Shown one piece after another: positions 9,094 through 17,889 of a stretch of DNA of 45,493 nt; within the stretch, counting starts at the first letter, position 1; each line of letters starts with the position of its first letter. The notes below the pieces were generated by a model. That model ran no database searches. It was not told the origin of the DNA and saw only the letters and a list, made by a program, of their open reading frames with translations. Source of the stretch: Geomonas sp. (GTDB lineage Bacteria; Desulfobacterota; Desulfuromonadia; Geobacterales; Geobacteraceae); assembly GCF_035254065.1 (NCBI RefSeq), contig NZ_DATFBA010000167.1, positions 1-45,493 of the forward strand, read 5' to 3'. The position numbers were made by a program, and so were the translations under genes.

Positions 9094-10533
9094 ATGTTCC
9101 CCTCACCCGTTTCCTCCCTTGGCAGAAAGCTCGTAATATCTTGGCTTGCCCTGGCGCTCGGCGCCTGCTCCCATACACCTCCGGAGGTCCTCGCCCCCCC
9201 CCTTCCGGGGCTCACCGAGACCGCCCCCCTATTCCTCCCGGAGCCCGTCTGCGAGGAGGCGCCACCTCCTGGCAAGGGAACGGAGCGTGACCTCGAGGAC
9301 CTGTCGCGCATCCCGCAAAGGATTGAGGAATTGCCGGCGCTGTCTGGTGGCGGCGTCGCCCTTGCCGAAACCTGCCAGCAGCGCCTGCTGGACCAGTTCC
9401 AGCGCGAGTTCTACAAACCGTGGACCCGGATGGTCCCCCTCCTCAACCCGCAGGAGGCGAAATCGTTCATGATCAACGAGGCGAAGGCGCGCTGGAACGG
9501 CGTGAACAAGCGCAGGGTCCCCCACGAGTTCCTGCAAAAGCTGCTTGATAACTGCGCGCTGGACTCGTTTCCTTCCCGCAACGCCGCCGCCATCGCGGTG
9601 GCTCCCGGTCACCTGCGGGGGCTGCCGACGCCTCAGCCACTCTACAACACCTGGGAAGATGCCCCCTTCGACATGCTCGCCTTTCCCCAGCTGAAGCTCA
9701 ACGAGCCGCTGCGGGTGCTGCACATCTCCCGCGACGGGGCCTGGTACTTCGTAGAGAGCGCCTCTTCCAGTGGCTGGGTGGAGACCCGTGACGTCGCCTT
9801 CGTCGACCAGGCCTTGATCGACGAGTGGATCCGCACACCGAAGGTGGTCATCCTCCGGGACGATCTCGCCATCGCGGACGGCAAGGGGATCGCTACCTCC
9901 CGCGTCAAGCTGGGCACCATCCTCCCTATCTCCGGAGAGGGGGAAGGTCATTGGACGTTGCGGATAGCGTCGGCGGGGGAAGGTGGCAAGGCGGAGATAC
10001 GGTCGGTACAGATCGCGGGGGATTCTGCGGCACGGTTTCCTCTTACCTTTGACAATCGGACCGTCGCCCAGGTCGGGGACTCACTGCTCGGCCAGCCCTA
10101 TGGATGGGGGGAGCTCTACGACCTGAGGGACTGCTCGGCGCTGTTGCGGGATTTCTTCATGCCCTTCGGCATCTGGCTGCCGCGCACCTCCGGGGACCAG
10201 ATCGCCTCCACCGGCCATCCTGTGCGCTTCAACCACGCCTCTGCACAGGCGAGGGCGGAGCTGATCAAGGCGAAGGGGCTTCCCTTCCTGACGCTCCTTT
10301 ACAAGCCGGGGCATATCATGCTTTACGTGGGGGTGGACAAGGATGGGCAGCCCTTGGTGTACCATGCCTCCTGGTCGATACGGGTGAAGGATGGCAACGG
10401 TGGCAGGACGCTGGTAACCGGGGTCTCCGCGATCACCACCCTTGAACTGGGCAAGGAGCTTGGGCTGGTGCCGGGCTGGTCGCTTTTGGAGAAGATCACC
10501 GAGATGGGGAGCGTAACCGATCGCTGCAGGTAA
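9094..10533 (+). CDS. SH3 + NlpC/P60 peptidoglycan endopeptidase lipoprotein
   Basis: GGAG RBS, lipobox LALGAC, SH3-like VLHISRDGAWYFV...GWV, GQPYGWG, RDCSA (catalytic Cys), PGHIMLY. Confidence 0.88.
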   Translation: MFPSPVSSLGRKLVISWLALALGACSHTPPEVLAPPLPGLTETAPLFLPEPVCEEAPPPGKGTERDLEDLSRIPQRIEELPALSGGGVALAETCQQRLLDQFQREFYKPWTRMVPLLNPQEAKSFMINEAKARWNGVNKRRVPHEFLQKLLDNCALDSFPSRNAAAIAVAPGHLRGLPTPQPLYNTWEDAPFDMLAFPQLKLNEPLRVLHISRDGAWYFVESASSSGWVETRDVAFVDQALIDEWIRTPKVVILRDDLAIADGKGIATSRVKLGTILPISGEGEGHWTLRIASAGEGGKAEIRSVQIAGDSAARFPLTFDNRTVAQVGDSLLGQPYGWGELYDLRDCSALLRDFFMPFGIWLPRTSGDQIASTGHPVRFNHASAQARAELIKAKGLPFLTLLYKPGHIMLYVGVDKDGQPLVYHASWSIRVKDGNGGRTLVTGVSAITTLELGKELGLVPGWSLLEKITEMGSVTDRCR

Positions 10534-10538
10534 GCTTT

Positions 10539-10635
10539 CTCCCCTCGCCCGACGGGAGAGGGGCCGGGGGTGAGGGTGGCCCCGCATCTGCGTGGAAGCT
10601 TCCCTCACCCCAGCCCTCTCCCGGCGGGAGAGGGA
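10539..10635. repeat. Inverted pair of REP-like hairpin repeats (copies 3 and 4)
   Basis: CCCCTCGCCCGACGGGAGAGGGGCCGGGGGTGAGGG and inverse CCCTCACCCCAGCCCTCTCCCGGCGGGAGAGGG. Confidence 0.8.
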
Positions 10636-10674
10636 GTGTCGGACAAGTTTGAGAAAGAATAAAAAGAGGGCAAA

Positions 10675-10712
10675 GAAAAAGGCGGACCCGGTTACCCGGA
10701 TCCGCCTTCTTG
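10675..10712 (-). terminator. Terminator after hcp, possibly bidirectional
   Basis: AAAAAGGCGGA...TCCGCCTTCTT between convergent genes. Confidence 0.7.
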
Positions 10713-10773
10713 TTGCTACTGCCTGTTTCTTGCTCCCGCTGACCCGCTTTTCCCGGTCAGGAGGTAGCGGCTG

Positions 10774-12405
10774 TTAGCCGAGGATCTGCTTGAGGTCGCC
10801 TTCGGCGGTGCCGATCGGGCCGATGTTGAAGTTCTCGACCAGGAAGTTCAGCACGTTCGGGGTGATGAAGGCCGGCAGGCTCGGTCCCAGCTTGATGTTC
10901 TTCACGCCGAGGTGGAGCAGGGTCAGCAGGATCGCCACTGCCTTCTGCTCGTACCAGGAGAGGATGAAGGAGAGCGGCAGGTCGTTGACGCCGCAGCCGA
11001 AGGCGCCGGCCAGGGCGACCGCGATCTGGATGGCCGAGTAGGCGTCGTTGCACTGCCCGATGTCCAGCAGGCGCGGGATGCCGCCGATGTCGCCGAATTC
11101 GAGCTTGTTGAAGCGGAACTTGCCGCAGGCCAGGGTCAGGATCACGCAGTCCTTGGGTACCTGCTCGGCGAACTCGGTGTAGTAGTTACGGCCGCTCTTG
11201 GCGCCGTCGCAGCCGCCGATCAGGAAGAAGTGACGGATGGCGCCGGACTTGACACCGTCGATGACCTTGTCGGCCACGCCGAGTACCGCGTTGTGCCCGA
11301 AGCCGGTGAGGATCTCCTGGCCCGGGTTCTCTTCGAAGCCCGGCAGTTCCAGGGCCTTGTTGACTACGGCGGAGAAGTCGAAGCCGTCGATGTGCTTGAC
11401 GTCCGGCCACTGGACCAGACCCCAGGTGAACAGGCGATCTTTGTAGCTCTCGGCGGGACGCTGGATGCAGTTGGTGTTGAAGATGATGGCGCCCGGGAAG
11501 TTGACGAATTCCTTGGCCTGATCCTGCCATGCGCCGCCGAAGTTGCCGGCCAGGTGCGAGTACTTCTTGAGGCCCGGGTAGCCGTGGGCCGGCAGCATCT
11601 CGCCGTGGGTGTAGACGTTGATCCCTTTACCTTCGGTCTGCTTCAGGAGTTCCTCAAGCATGCGCAGGTCGTGGCCGGAAACCAGGATCGCCTTGCCGGC
11701 CTTGGTGCCGAGCTGCACCGGGGTCGGTACCGGGTGCCCGAAGCTGTCGGTGTTGGCCTTGTCGAGCAGCGCCATGGTGGTGAGGTTGGTCTTGCCGCAC
11801 TCCATCGCCAGGCCGACGAAGTCCATCAGCCCCAGGCTCTTGTCGAGGGTGGCTGCCAGCGCCTTGTGGGTGTAGGCGTAAATCTCGTCGTCTTCGTGGC
11901 CGATGACCAGGGCGTGGTGGGCGTAGGCCGCGTATCCCTTGATGCCGTAGATGATGATCTCCTGGACGCTCTTCACGTCCGGGTCGATGGAGGAATCCTT
12001 CACGCCGTGCTGCTCGCCCAGAGCGACCAGTTCAGCGGTGCTCCCTGCGTTGAAGGGCTTGGCCGCCTCGGGTACCGGGCCGGTGTAGGTGCCGCCGTTT
12101 GCCTTCTCGAAGAGCGCCTGGGCGCGGTCGCGCTGCTTGGCCGCCTCGCGTACCAGCTTGGCGATCTCCTCGGCGTCGAAGTCGACGTTGGTGACGGTGG
12201 TGAAGAGGCCGTCCAGCATGAAGCGGTCGATCTCGGTGTCCTTGGCGCCTTTGGCGCGGGCTTTGTCAGCCCAGAAGGCGATACCTTTCATCGCGTAGAC
12301 CAGGAGGTCCTGCAGGGCAGCTACATCCGGTTTCTTGCCGCAGACGCCGACCTTGGAGCACCCGCCGTTGGCGGCCTGTTCACACTGAAAGCAAAACATA
12401 TCCAT
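10774..12405 (-). CDS. hcp: Hybrid cluster protein (hydroxylamine/NO reductase); in-frame upstream ATG at 12489
   Basis: MFCFQCEQ...GCSKVGVCGK, YTHGEMLPAH, FNTNC, IGGCDG, TLACGK, DIGQCND, SWYEQKAV. Confidence 0.97.
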   Translation of the reverse strand: MDMFCFQCEQAANGGCSKVGVCGKKPDVAALQDLLVYAMKGIAFWADKARAKGAKDTEIDRFMLDGLFTTVTNVDFDAEEIAKLVREAAKQRDRAQALFEKANGGTYTGPVPEAAKPFNAGSTAELVALGEQHGVKDSSIDPDVKSVQEIIIYGIKGYAAYAHHALVIGHEDDEIYAYTHKALAATLDKSLGLMDFVGLAMECGKTNLTTMALLDKANTDSFGHPVPTPVQLGTKAGKAILVSGHDLRMLEELLKQTEGKGINVYTHGEMLPAHGYPGLKKYSHLAGNFGGAWQDQAKEFVNFPGAIIFNTNCIQRPAESYKDRLFTWGLVQWPDVKHIDGFDFSAVVNKALELPGFEENPGQEILTGFGHNAVLGVADKVIDGVKSGAIRHFFLIGGCDGAKSGRNYYTEFAEQVPKDCVILTLACGKFRFNKLEFGDIGGIPRLLDIGQCNDAYSAIQIAVALAGAFGCGVNDLPLSFILSWYEQKAVAILLTLLHLGVKNIKLGPSLPAFITPNVLNFLVENFNIGPIGTAEGDLKQILG

Positions 12406-12557
12406 TTTTTCCCCCTGTACTGTGTTGGTGGTAGTTGCGTTATCGTTCGATTTCGAAAATCCGAGCCAGCTTTTTACCGTTTTGATCATTGAACTCTCCG
12501 TGCTGCCCACTGCGGGGCATTATTTTTTCACTAACTGATGTTCTTACGTAATTGGTT

Positions 12558-12587
12558 CCCCCCTTGATAAAGGGGGGACAGGGGGGA
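12558..12587. repeat. REP-like hairpin repeat variant in hcp leader
   Basis: CCCCCCTT-GATA-AAGGGGGG-ACAGGGGGGA. Confidence 0.6.
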
Positions 12588-12625
12588 TTGCATTTTTTCC
12601 GCTTCTCCCGCCGTTCGATGGTGCA

Positions 12626-12667
12626 ACCTTACCTCGGTCCCTTCACAGCTGCCTTGACCTAAGTCAT
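12626..12667 (-). promoter_or_regulatory. FNR-type (HcpR/Dnr-like) box with -10 element for hcp
   Basis: TTGAC-CTAA-GTCAT at 12654-12667; minus-strand TAAGGT at 12631-12626 gives a box centre near -41.5. Confidence 0.65.
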
Positions 12668-12784
12668 AAAATCGTACAATCTGTGCATCCGGATCTTTTT
12701 TGTCGGAAGGTGCGGTGACGATGGCTCATAGGATGAGATAACCGCTGGTGGGAGTCGCCCTGTCATTACCGTCCGCCATGGGTT

Positions 12785-12824
12785 CCCTCCCCTTCAAGGG
12801 GAGGGACAGGGTGAGGATGGGGGG
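12785..12824. repeat. REP-like hairpin repeat
   Basis: CCCTCCCCTTCAAGGGGAGGGACAGGGTGAGGATGGGG; near-exact reverse complement of 44165-44203. Confidence 0.8.
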
Positions 12825-12936
12825 CGCGTAAGCGTGCTGACAAGCTCGGCCACATTTATTAAAATTAGAGCTGGTGAGGGGATACCTGCCGGGGCTGCAT
12901 CTATAGGCAGGAAGTTGAGGAAAGGTAGGTGTCGAC

Positions 12937-14295
12937 GTGGATCACTCTGAACGGATCAGAAAGCTTTCGCACTTGAGGCCGCTATCGCGGCTGACCGGGA
13001 TCTCACTGAGGGACTTGCTGGTGAGCGTCCTCCCGCTGGTGCTACTCACCGCGGCCGTCATCTGGCTCGCCTTCTGGTACGTCCAGCCGGCGCCCCCCAA
13101 GAACATCACCATCTCGGCAGGCCCGCCGGGCAGCCTCTTCATGACCCACGCCGAGAAGTACCGCAAGATCCTGGCCAGAGACGGCGTCAACCTGAGGGTG
13201 ATCCCCTCGCAAGGGTCGCTGGACAACCTGCAACGCCTGCTGAATCCCAACCTGAGGGTGGATCTCGCCTTCGTGCAGGGAGGGGTGGCGACCGGCATGG
13301 ACGTGAGCAGCCTCGTTTCCCTGGGAAGCGTATTTCACGAGCCGCTGCTCATCTTCTACCGCAGTCCGGAGCCGGTTACCCTGCTCTCCGGCTTTGCGGG
13401 GAAGAAACTTGCCATCGCGCCGGAAGGAAGCGGTACCCACATGCTCGCCCTCATCCTGCTCAAGGCCAACGGTATCGAACCGGGCGGTCCCACCGAACTC
13501 TTCAGCCTCGGGGGGATGGATGCGGCGAAGGCCCTGCTGGAGGGGAGGGTGGACGCTGCCTTCCTGATGGGTGATTCAGCCACCCCGCCCCTCATGAAAC
13601 AGCTGTTGTGGACCCCCGGCATCCGGCTCTTCGATTTCCAGCAGAGCGCCGGCTACTCACGGAAGTTCCCGTACCTGCTCGACCTGGACCTCCCCATGGG
13701 GGTGTTCGACTTCGGCAAGAACATGCCCCCCCAGGACATCCACCTGATCGGGCCGACGGTGGAGCTGGTCGCCCGCAACAAACTGCACCCGGCCCTTTCC
13801 GACCTGCTGATCGAGGCGGCCCGCGAGGTGCACAGCCGGCCGACCCTCTTGCAGAAGGCGAACGAGTTTCCCGCCCCTCTTGAGCATGAGTTCATCGTGA
13901 GCCCGGACGCCAAGCGGTTCTACAACTCCGGCAAATCGTTCCTGTATCGCCGGCTCCCCTTCTGGCTGGCGACCCTGGTGGACCGGACGCTGGTGGTCTT
14001 CGTGCCGATCGTGGTGTTGCTGATCCCTGGGCTGAAGGTGCTCCCCGCCATCTACCGGTGGCGCATCAAGTCACGCATCTACCGCTGGTACGGCGCGCTG
14101 ATCGCCATCGAGCGCGACATCCTGGCCCATCCCTCCAATGAGGAGCGGGCCGAGTTGCTGGCCAGGCTGGACGAGATCGAGGCGCAGGTGAACAAGATGA
14201 AGATGCCGCTGGCCTACGCCGAGCAGTTCTACGTGCTGCGCGACCACATCAAGTTCGTGAGCGACCGGTACCGGGAAAATGCGGAGGCGCGCTGA
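12937..14295 (+). CDS. TAXI-family solute-binding-like protein with N-terminal and C-terminal TM segments
   Basis: ITISAGPPGS, SQGSLDNLQRL, DLAFVQGG, KKLAIAPEGSGT; TM near both ends; C-terminal RIYRWYGAL...YVLRDHI helical domain. Confidence 0.8.
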   Translation: MDHSERIRKLSHLRPLSRLTGISLRDLLVSVLPLVLLTAAVIWLAFWYVQPAPPKNITISAGPPGSLFMTHAEKYRKILARDGVNLRVIPSQGSLDNLQRLLNPNLRVDLAFVQGGVATGMDVSSLVSLGSVFHEPLLIFYRSPEPVTLLSGFAGKKLAIAPEGSGTHMLALILLKANGIEPGGPTELFSLGGMDAAKALLEGRVDAAFLMGDSATPPLMKQLLWTPGIRLFDFQQSAGYSRKFPYLLDLDLPMGVFDFGKNMPPQDIHLIGPTVELVARNKLHPALSDLLIEAAREVHSRPTLLQKANEFPAPLEHEFIVSPDAKRFYNSGKSFLYRRLPFWLATLVDRTLVVFVPIVVLLIPGLKVLPAIYRWRIKSRIYRWYGALIAIERDILAHPSNEERAELLARLDEIEAQVNKMKMPLAYAEQFYVLRDHIKFVSDRYRENAEAR

Positions 14296-14322
14296 GGGAA
14301 GGGGTTAAAGCCTAGCGGGGAA

Positions 14323-14595
14323 TCAGTTGTTGATGGTGCCGATCATGGCGCGGTAGATGTCCGGGCGGATGACGAACTGGACGGTGGACGGCGTGGCGGT
14401 GCCGAAGGAGACCGCCTGATCGCCGCCGATGGATGAATTGAGGGAGAAGATAGGGCGCAGGTTCAAACCGAGCTGCTTGAGTTCCGCTTCGAAAACCGGC
14501 CCGTGGATGGTGGCGAACTCCGCCAGCCGCTCCCAGATCGGCAGCATCTCTACGGGGATTGAAATACCATTGGCAAGGTGTACAAGGTCAGGCAT
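14323..14595 (-). CDS. 90-aa hypothetical protein
   Basis: AGGAG RBS before ATG at 14595 (MPDLVHL...); host-like codon usage. Confidence 0.6.
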   Translation of the reverse strand: MPDLVHLANGISIPVEMLPIWERLAEFATIHGPVFEAELKQLGLNLRPIFSLNSSIGGDQAVSFGTATPSTVQFVIRPDIYRAMIGTINN

Positions 14596-14672
14596 GTCTG
14601 CTCCTGGTGTCGATATACCTGACATATCGACCCAGGGCTTCGAAACTTAAATCCCGCGTGTGCCCTGCCCGT

Positions 14673-15908
14673 TCAGCTGCGGGCCGCTTCCATGCTCGCC
14701 ACGGTGCTTCCCGCCTCCGCCAAAGCCGGTTCCGAAAGCCCCGCAAGTCTCCACCCAAGCAAGCTCGCCATCGCCAGCAGCGCCGTTATCAGCAGGATCA
14801 CCCCGTGCCATCCCAGGGAGGACCAGAACACCCCTCCCACCGTACCGGAAATGCTGGAGCCGAGATAGTAGCTGAACAGGTACAGCGAGGCCGCCTGCGC
14901 GCGGGCAGTGCGGGCCCTGGCCGCTACCCAGCTGGAGGCGATGGTGTGGGCGCCGAAGAAGCCGCAGGTAAAGAGGGCGATGCCGGCCACGATGACGGCG
15001 ACCTGGCCGGAGAGGGTCACCATGGCTCCCGCTCCCATGGTCCCCAGGCAGAGGTAGAGCATCCGGCTGCGGCCGTAGCGCTCAACCTGGCGTCCGATCG
15101 CGGAGGAGCTGAAGGACCCGGCCAGGTAGACCAGGAAGATGCAGCTTACCGCGGTGTGGCTGAAGGAGTAGGGGGCGGCCAGCAGCCGGAAGGTGATGTA
15201 GTTGTAGAGCGTCACGAAGCCGCCCATGCAGAAGAAGGAGATGCCGTACAGGCAGAGCAGCCCCGGGTCCTTGAGTTGCCTGAGCAGGGAGCTGAACAGG
15301 TAGCCCACCGCGAAGGGACGCCGCTGCGGGTTCGAGGAGGGGGGAAGAGCCTTGGCGAAGTAGAGGCTCAGTGCCAGGCAGAAGGCGCCGATCACCCCCA
15401 AGGCGATGCGCCAGGAGAAGTATTGAGTGACGGTTGCCGTGAAGATGCGGCCGGTCATCCCCCCGATGGCGTTGCCGCTGATGTAGAGGCCGATGGCGGA
15501 GCTAAGGGCTGAGGGCTCGATCTCCTCGCTCAAGTAGGCCATGGCGATGGCGGGGAGTCCCGCCAGCGCTATCCCCTGCAAGAGGCGCAGGGCCAGCAGT
15601 GACAGGAACGTGTGGGTGCAGGCGGTCATCAGCGCCAGCAGCGAGGTGATTACCAGCGAGCAGACCATGACCCGCTTGCGGCCGACGGTTTCGGAGATGC
15701 TGCCGGCAAAGAGCATGGCGACGGCGAGCGCGCAGGTCGCCACCGAGAGCGGCAGGCTGCCCAGGGCTGCGTGCAGCCGAAACTCCGCGGCGAAGACCGG
15801 CAGCAGCGGCTGCAGGTCGTACAGGGTGATGAAGGTGACGAAGCCGGCGGCAAAGAAGGCCAGGTTCACCTGCACATATCTTCGTGTTCCCCTTCTGATC
15901 GGACCCAT
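14673..15908 (-). CDS. MFS transporter, YnfM-like
   Basis: LYDLQPLLP, GSISETVGRKRVM, AMAYLSEE, GLYISGNAIGGMTGR, FFGAHTIASSWV. Confidence 0.9.
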   Translation of the reverse strand: MGPIRRGTRRYVQVNLAFFAAGFVTFITLYDLQPLLPVFAAEFRLHAALGSLPLSVATCALAVAMLFAGSISETVGRKRVMVCSLVITSLLALMTACTHTFLSLLALRLLQGIALAGLPAIAMAYLSEEIEPSALSSAIGLYISGNAIGGMTGRIFTATVTQYFSWRIALGVIGAFCLALSLYFAKALPPSSNPQRRPFAVGYLFSSLLRQLKDPGLLCLYGISFFCMGGFVTLYNYITFRLLAAPYSFSHTAVSCIFLVYLAGSFSSSAIGRQVERYGRSRMLYLCLGTMGAGAMVTLSGQVAVIVAGIALFTCGFFGAHTIASSWVAARARTARAQAASLYLFSYYLGSSISGTVGGVFWSSLGWHGVILLITALLAMASLLGWRLAGLSEPALAEAGSTVASMEAARS

Positions 15909-15978
15909 CTTGTTCTCCCGAACATTGCCTCAGCGATGATGGAATCTTATCCCTTGTTTCACGATAATAAAAATATAT

Positions 15979-16010
15979 AATTGTTATGTTATCGATAACA
16001 TCAATTGATG
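15979..16010. promoter_or_regulatory. Palindromic operator region between divergent MFS and LysR genes
   Basis: Perfect palindromes ATGTTATCGATAACAT (15986-16001) and CATCAATTGATG (15999-16010) in AT-rich spacer. Confidence 0.55.
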
Positions 16011-16020
16011 GAGAGGCGGC

Positions 16021-16905
16021 ATGGATGTACGACAATTGAGGTACTTCCTGGAAGTGGCCAGGGTGAGCAGTTTCACCAAGGCGGCGGAGGGTCTGCGCAT
16101 CGCCCAGCCGGCGGTCAGCATGGCGGTCAAAAAGCTGGAGGAGGAACTGGACCTGGTTCTTTTCAACCGGCAGGACAAGAAGGTGTCGCTAACCGCGGAA
16201 GGTGAGATTTTCGTCTCCCATGCCCGCCGCATCATCGACGACGTGAAGGCTGCCGAGCTGGAGATGGGGGAGCTGAAGGGGCTCGCCAGCGGTGAGGTGA
16301 GGATCGGCATCCCCCCCATGATTTCCGCCTATTTCTTCCCGGATATCATCAGGGATTTTCACCTGAGGTACCCGCAGTTGCGTCTCACCGTGTTCGGCGA
16401 GGGGGCGGCGCATATCCAGCGGATGGTCGGGCTGGGGGAACTTGACATGGGGGTGGTGGCCGGGGAGAGCTTCCCCGACACCCTTGAGGTACGGCACCTG
16501 TTGCGGGAGGAGGTGGTGATCTGCGTGCCGCTCGATCATCCCTTCGCGAAGCGGGAAAGGGTGAGCGTGGCCGAGTTCGTCGAGCAGCCGCTGGTCTTTT
16601 ACAAGGAGGGGTACTTCATCAGGGAGTTCTTCCTGGAGGCGGTCAAGGGATGTGGCGCCACCCCCAACATCATCTTCGAGACCAACCTCTTCTCGCTGGT
16701 GAAGTCGCTGGTGAGAAACGGCACCGGCATCTCGACCTTTCTCAGGATGGTGGTGGCGGCCGATAGCGACCTGGCGGCGATCTCCTTCGACCCTCCCCTC
16801 TACCTGGATCTGCTGATCGCCTGGAAGCGGCACGTCTACCTATCCCGCGCCAACCGCGCCTTCGTGGAGTTCCTGCTGGAGAGGGCGGAGGAGGGGAGGG
16901 GGTAG
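16021..16905 (+). CDS. LysR-family transcriptional regulator
   Basis: MDVRQLRYF...SFTKAAEGLRIAQPAVS...LEEEL...LTAEG; 294 aa; divergent from MFS gene. Confidence 0.95.
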   Translation: MDVRQLRYFLEVARVSSFTKAAEGLRIAQPAVSMAVKKLEEELDLVLFNRQDKKVSLTAEGEIFVSHARRIIDDVKAAELEMGELKGLASGEVRIGIPPMISAYFFPDIIRDFHLRYPQLRLTVFGEGAAHIQRMVGLGELDMGVVAGESFPDTLEVRHLLREEVVICVPLDHPFAKRERVSVAEFVEQPLVFYKEGYFIREFFLEAVKGCGATPNIIFETNLFSLVKSLVRNGTGISTFLRMVVAADSDLAAISFDPPLYLDLLIAWKRHVYLSRANRAFVEFLLERAEEGRG

Positions 16906-16935
16906 GCTAGGGGGCTGGGGCTAGCGGCTAGCGGC
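16905..16935. repeat. Short degenerate GGCTAG/GGCTGG tandem repeat between convergent genes
   Basis: ggctaggg ggctgg ggctagc ggctagc. Confidence 0.45.
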
Positions 16936-16939
16936 GCCG

Positions 16940-17506
16940 CTACCTCAGCAGCTCGACCAGCTTGTCGGCCATCCTGGCGGGCGGCAGCACGAAATCGATC
17001 GCACCGGTCTCCACCGCGGCCTTGGGCATGCCGTAGATAGTCGAGGACGCCTCATCCTGGGCAAAGGTCACACCGCCTATCTTCTTCATGTGCAGTATCC
17101 CTTCCGCACCATCCTTGCCCATGCCGGTCATGATAGCGCCGATCAGTTTGCCGCCATTGAACGACCTCCCCAGGGAGAGCATGGTGACGTCCACCGACGG
17201 CTGCACGTAGTTCACCCGCGGCCCATCGCACAGCTTTACCCGCTGGTTCCCCTCCAACTGCAGGTGAAGGCCTCCCGGTGCCAGATAGACGTGTCCACCC
17301 TTCAGCCGCTCTCCGTGCTGCGCCAGGGCCACCGGCATGTTGGCCGCCGCGTCCAGTCCCATCGCGATCCGGTAGTCCATCTCCGGAGTGATGTGGAGCA
17401 CCACCAGGAAGGCCGCCGGCAGCCGGGGGAGACGGCTGAAGAGGTCCTTCAGCGTGAAGGGCCCCCCGGTCGAGATCCCTATGACCACCAGGTTCCTGCC
17501 GTTCAT
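16940..17506 (-). CDS. cheB: CheB methylesterase, catalytic domain only (no receiver domain)
   Basis: Start MNGRNLVVIGISTGGP; Ser/His/Asp motifs GISTGG, VLHI, PSVD; MTGMGKDGAEG; YGMP; ATGA overlap with upstream gene. Confidence 0.9.
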   Translation of the reverse strand: MNGRNLVVIGISTGGPFTLKDLFSRLPRLPAAFLVVLHITPEMDYRIAMGLDAAANMPVALAQHGERLKGGHVYLAPGGLHLQLEGNQRVKLCDGPRVNYVQPSVDVTMLSLGRSFNGGKLIGAIMTGMGKDGAEGILHMKKIGGVTFAQDEASSTIYGMPKAAVETGAIDFVLPPARMADKLVELLR

Positions 17507-17889
17507 GCGCGAAGGGCGTCCAGCAGAAGCAGGTAGTACCTGAGCGATTCGATGAGCTGGTCGGGGCCGAAGGGCTTGCTCATGTAGTCGGTCACGTACT
17601 CCTGGATCCCCTCCATCTTCAGGTCGGGTTCTCCGATGCCGGTCAGCATCACGATGACGTTGCCGGGATAGAGGCCGCGCTCCACCATCTCGCGGATGGT
17701 GTCCCAGCCGTCCATCCCCGACATCATCACGTCCATCAGGATGACCCCCCTGAAGCCAGCTTCCAGCTGCCGGAGGCATGCCGCGCCCGACTCCGCCGGG
17801 ACGATGGTGAAGGAGGTCGACTGGCAGGCGACTTCGACCGACTTGCGGATGAACTCGTTGTCGTCGACGATCATTATGCTGTTGTTCAT
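17503..17889 (-). CDS. Single-domain response regulator (CheY-like)
   Basis: IMIVDD, ILMDVMM, MLTG, SKPF; ATG 17889 overlaps cheD stop. Confidence 0.88.
   Translation of the reverse strand: MNNSIMIVDDNEFIRKSVEVACQSTSFTIVPAESGAACLRQLEAGFRGVILMDVMMSGMDGWDTIREMVERGLYPGNVIVMLTGIGEPDLKMEGIQEYVTDYMSKPFGPDQLIESLRYYLLLLDALRA

Noticed and set aside
10539-10635. Repeats as a possible CRISPR array or IS ends
   Set aside because: Only two inverted units, no regular spacers, no cas or transposase gene
10912-12492. 526-aa plus-strand ORF (likewise 6134-7504, 19321-21210, 25899-27926, 27966-29312, 32688-34031, 36131-37600, 42223-43656)
   Set aside because: Antisense shadows of well-supported genes; no recognisable motifs; expected from high-GC codon bias
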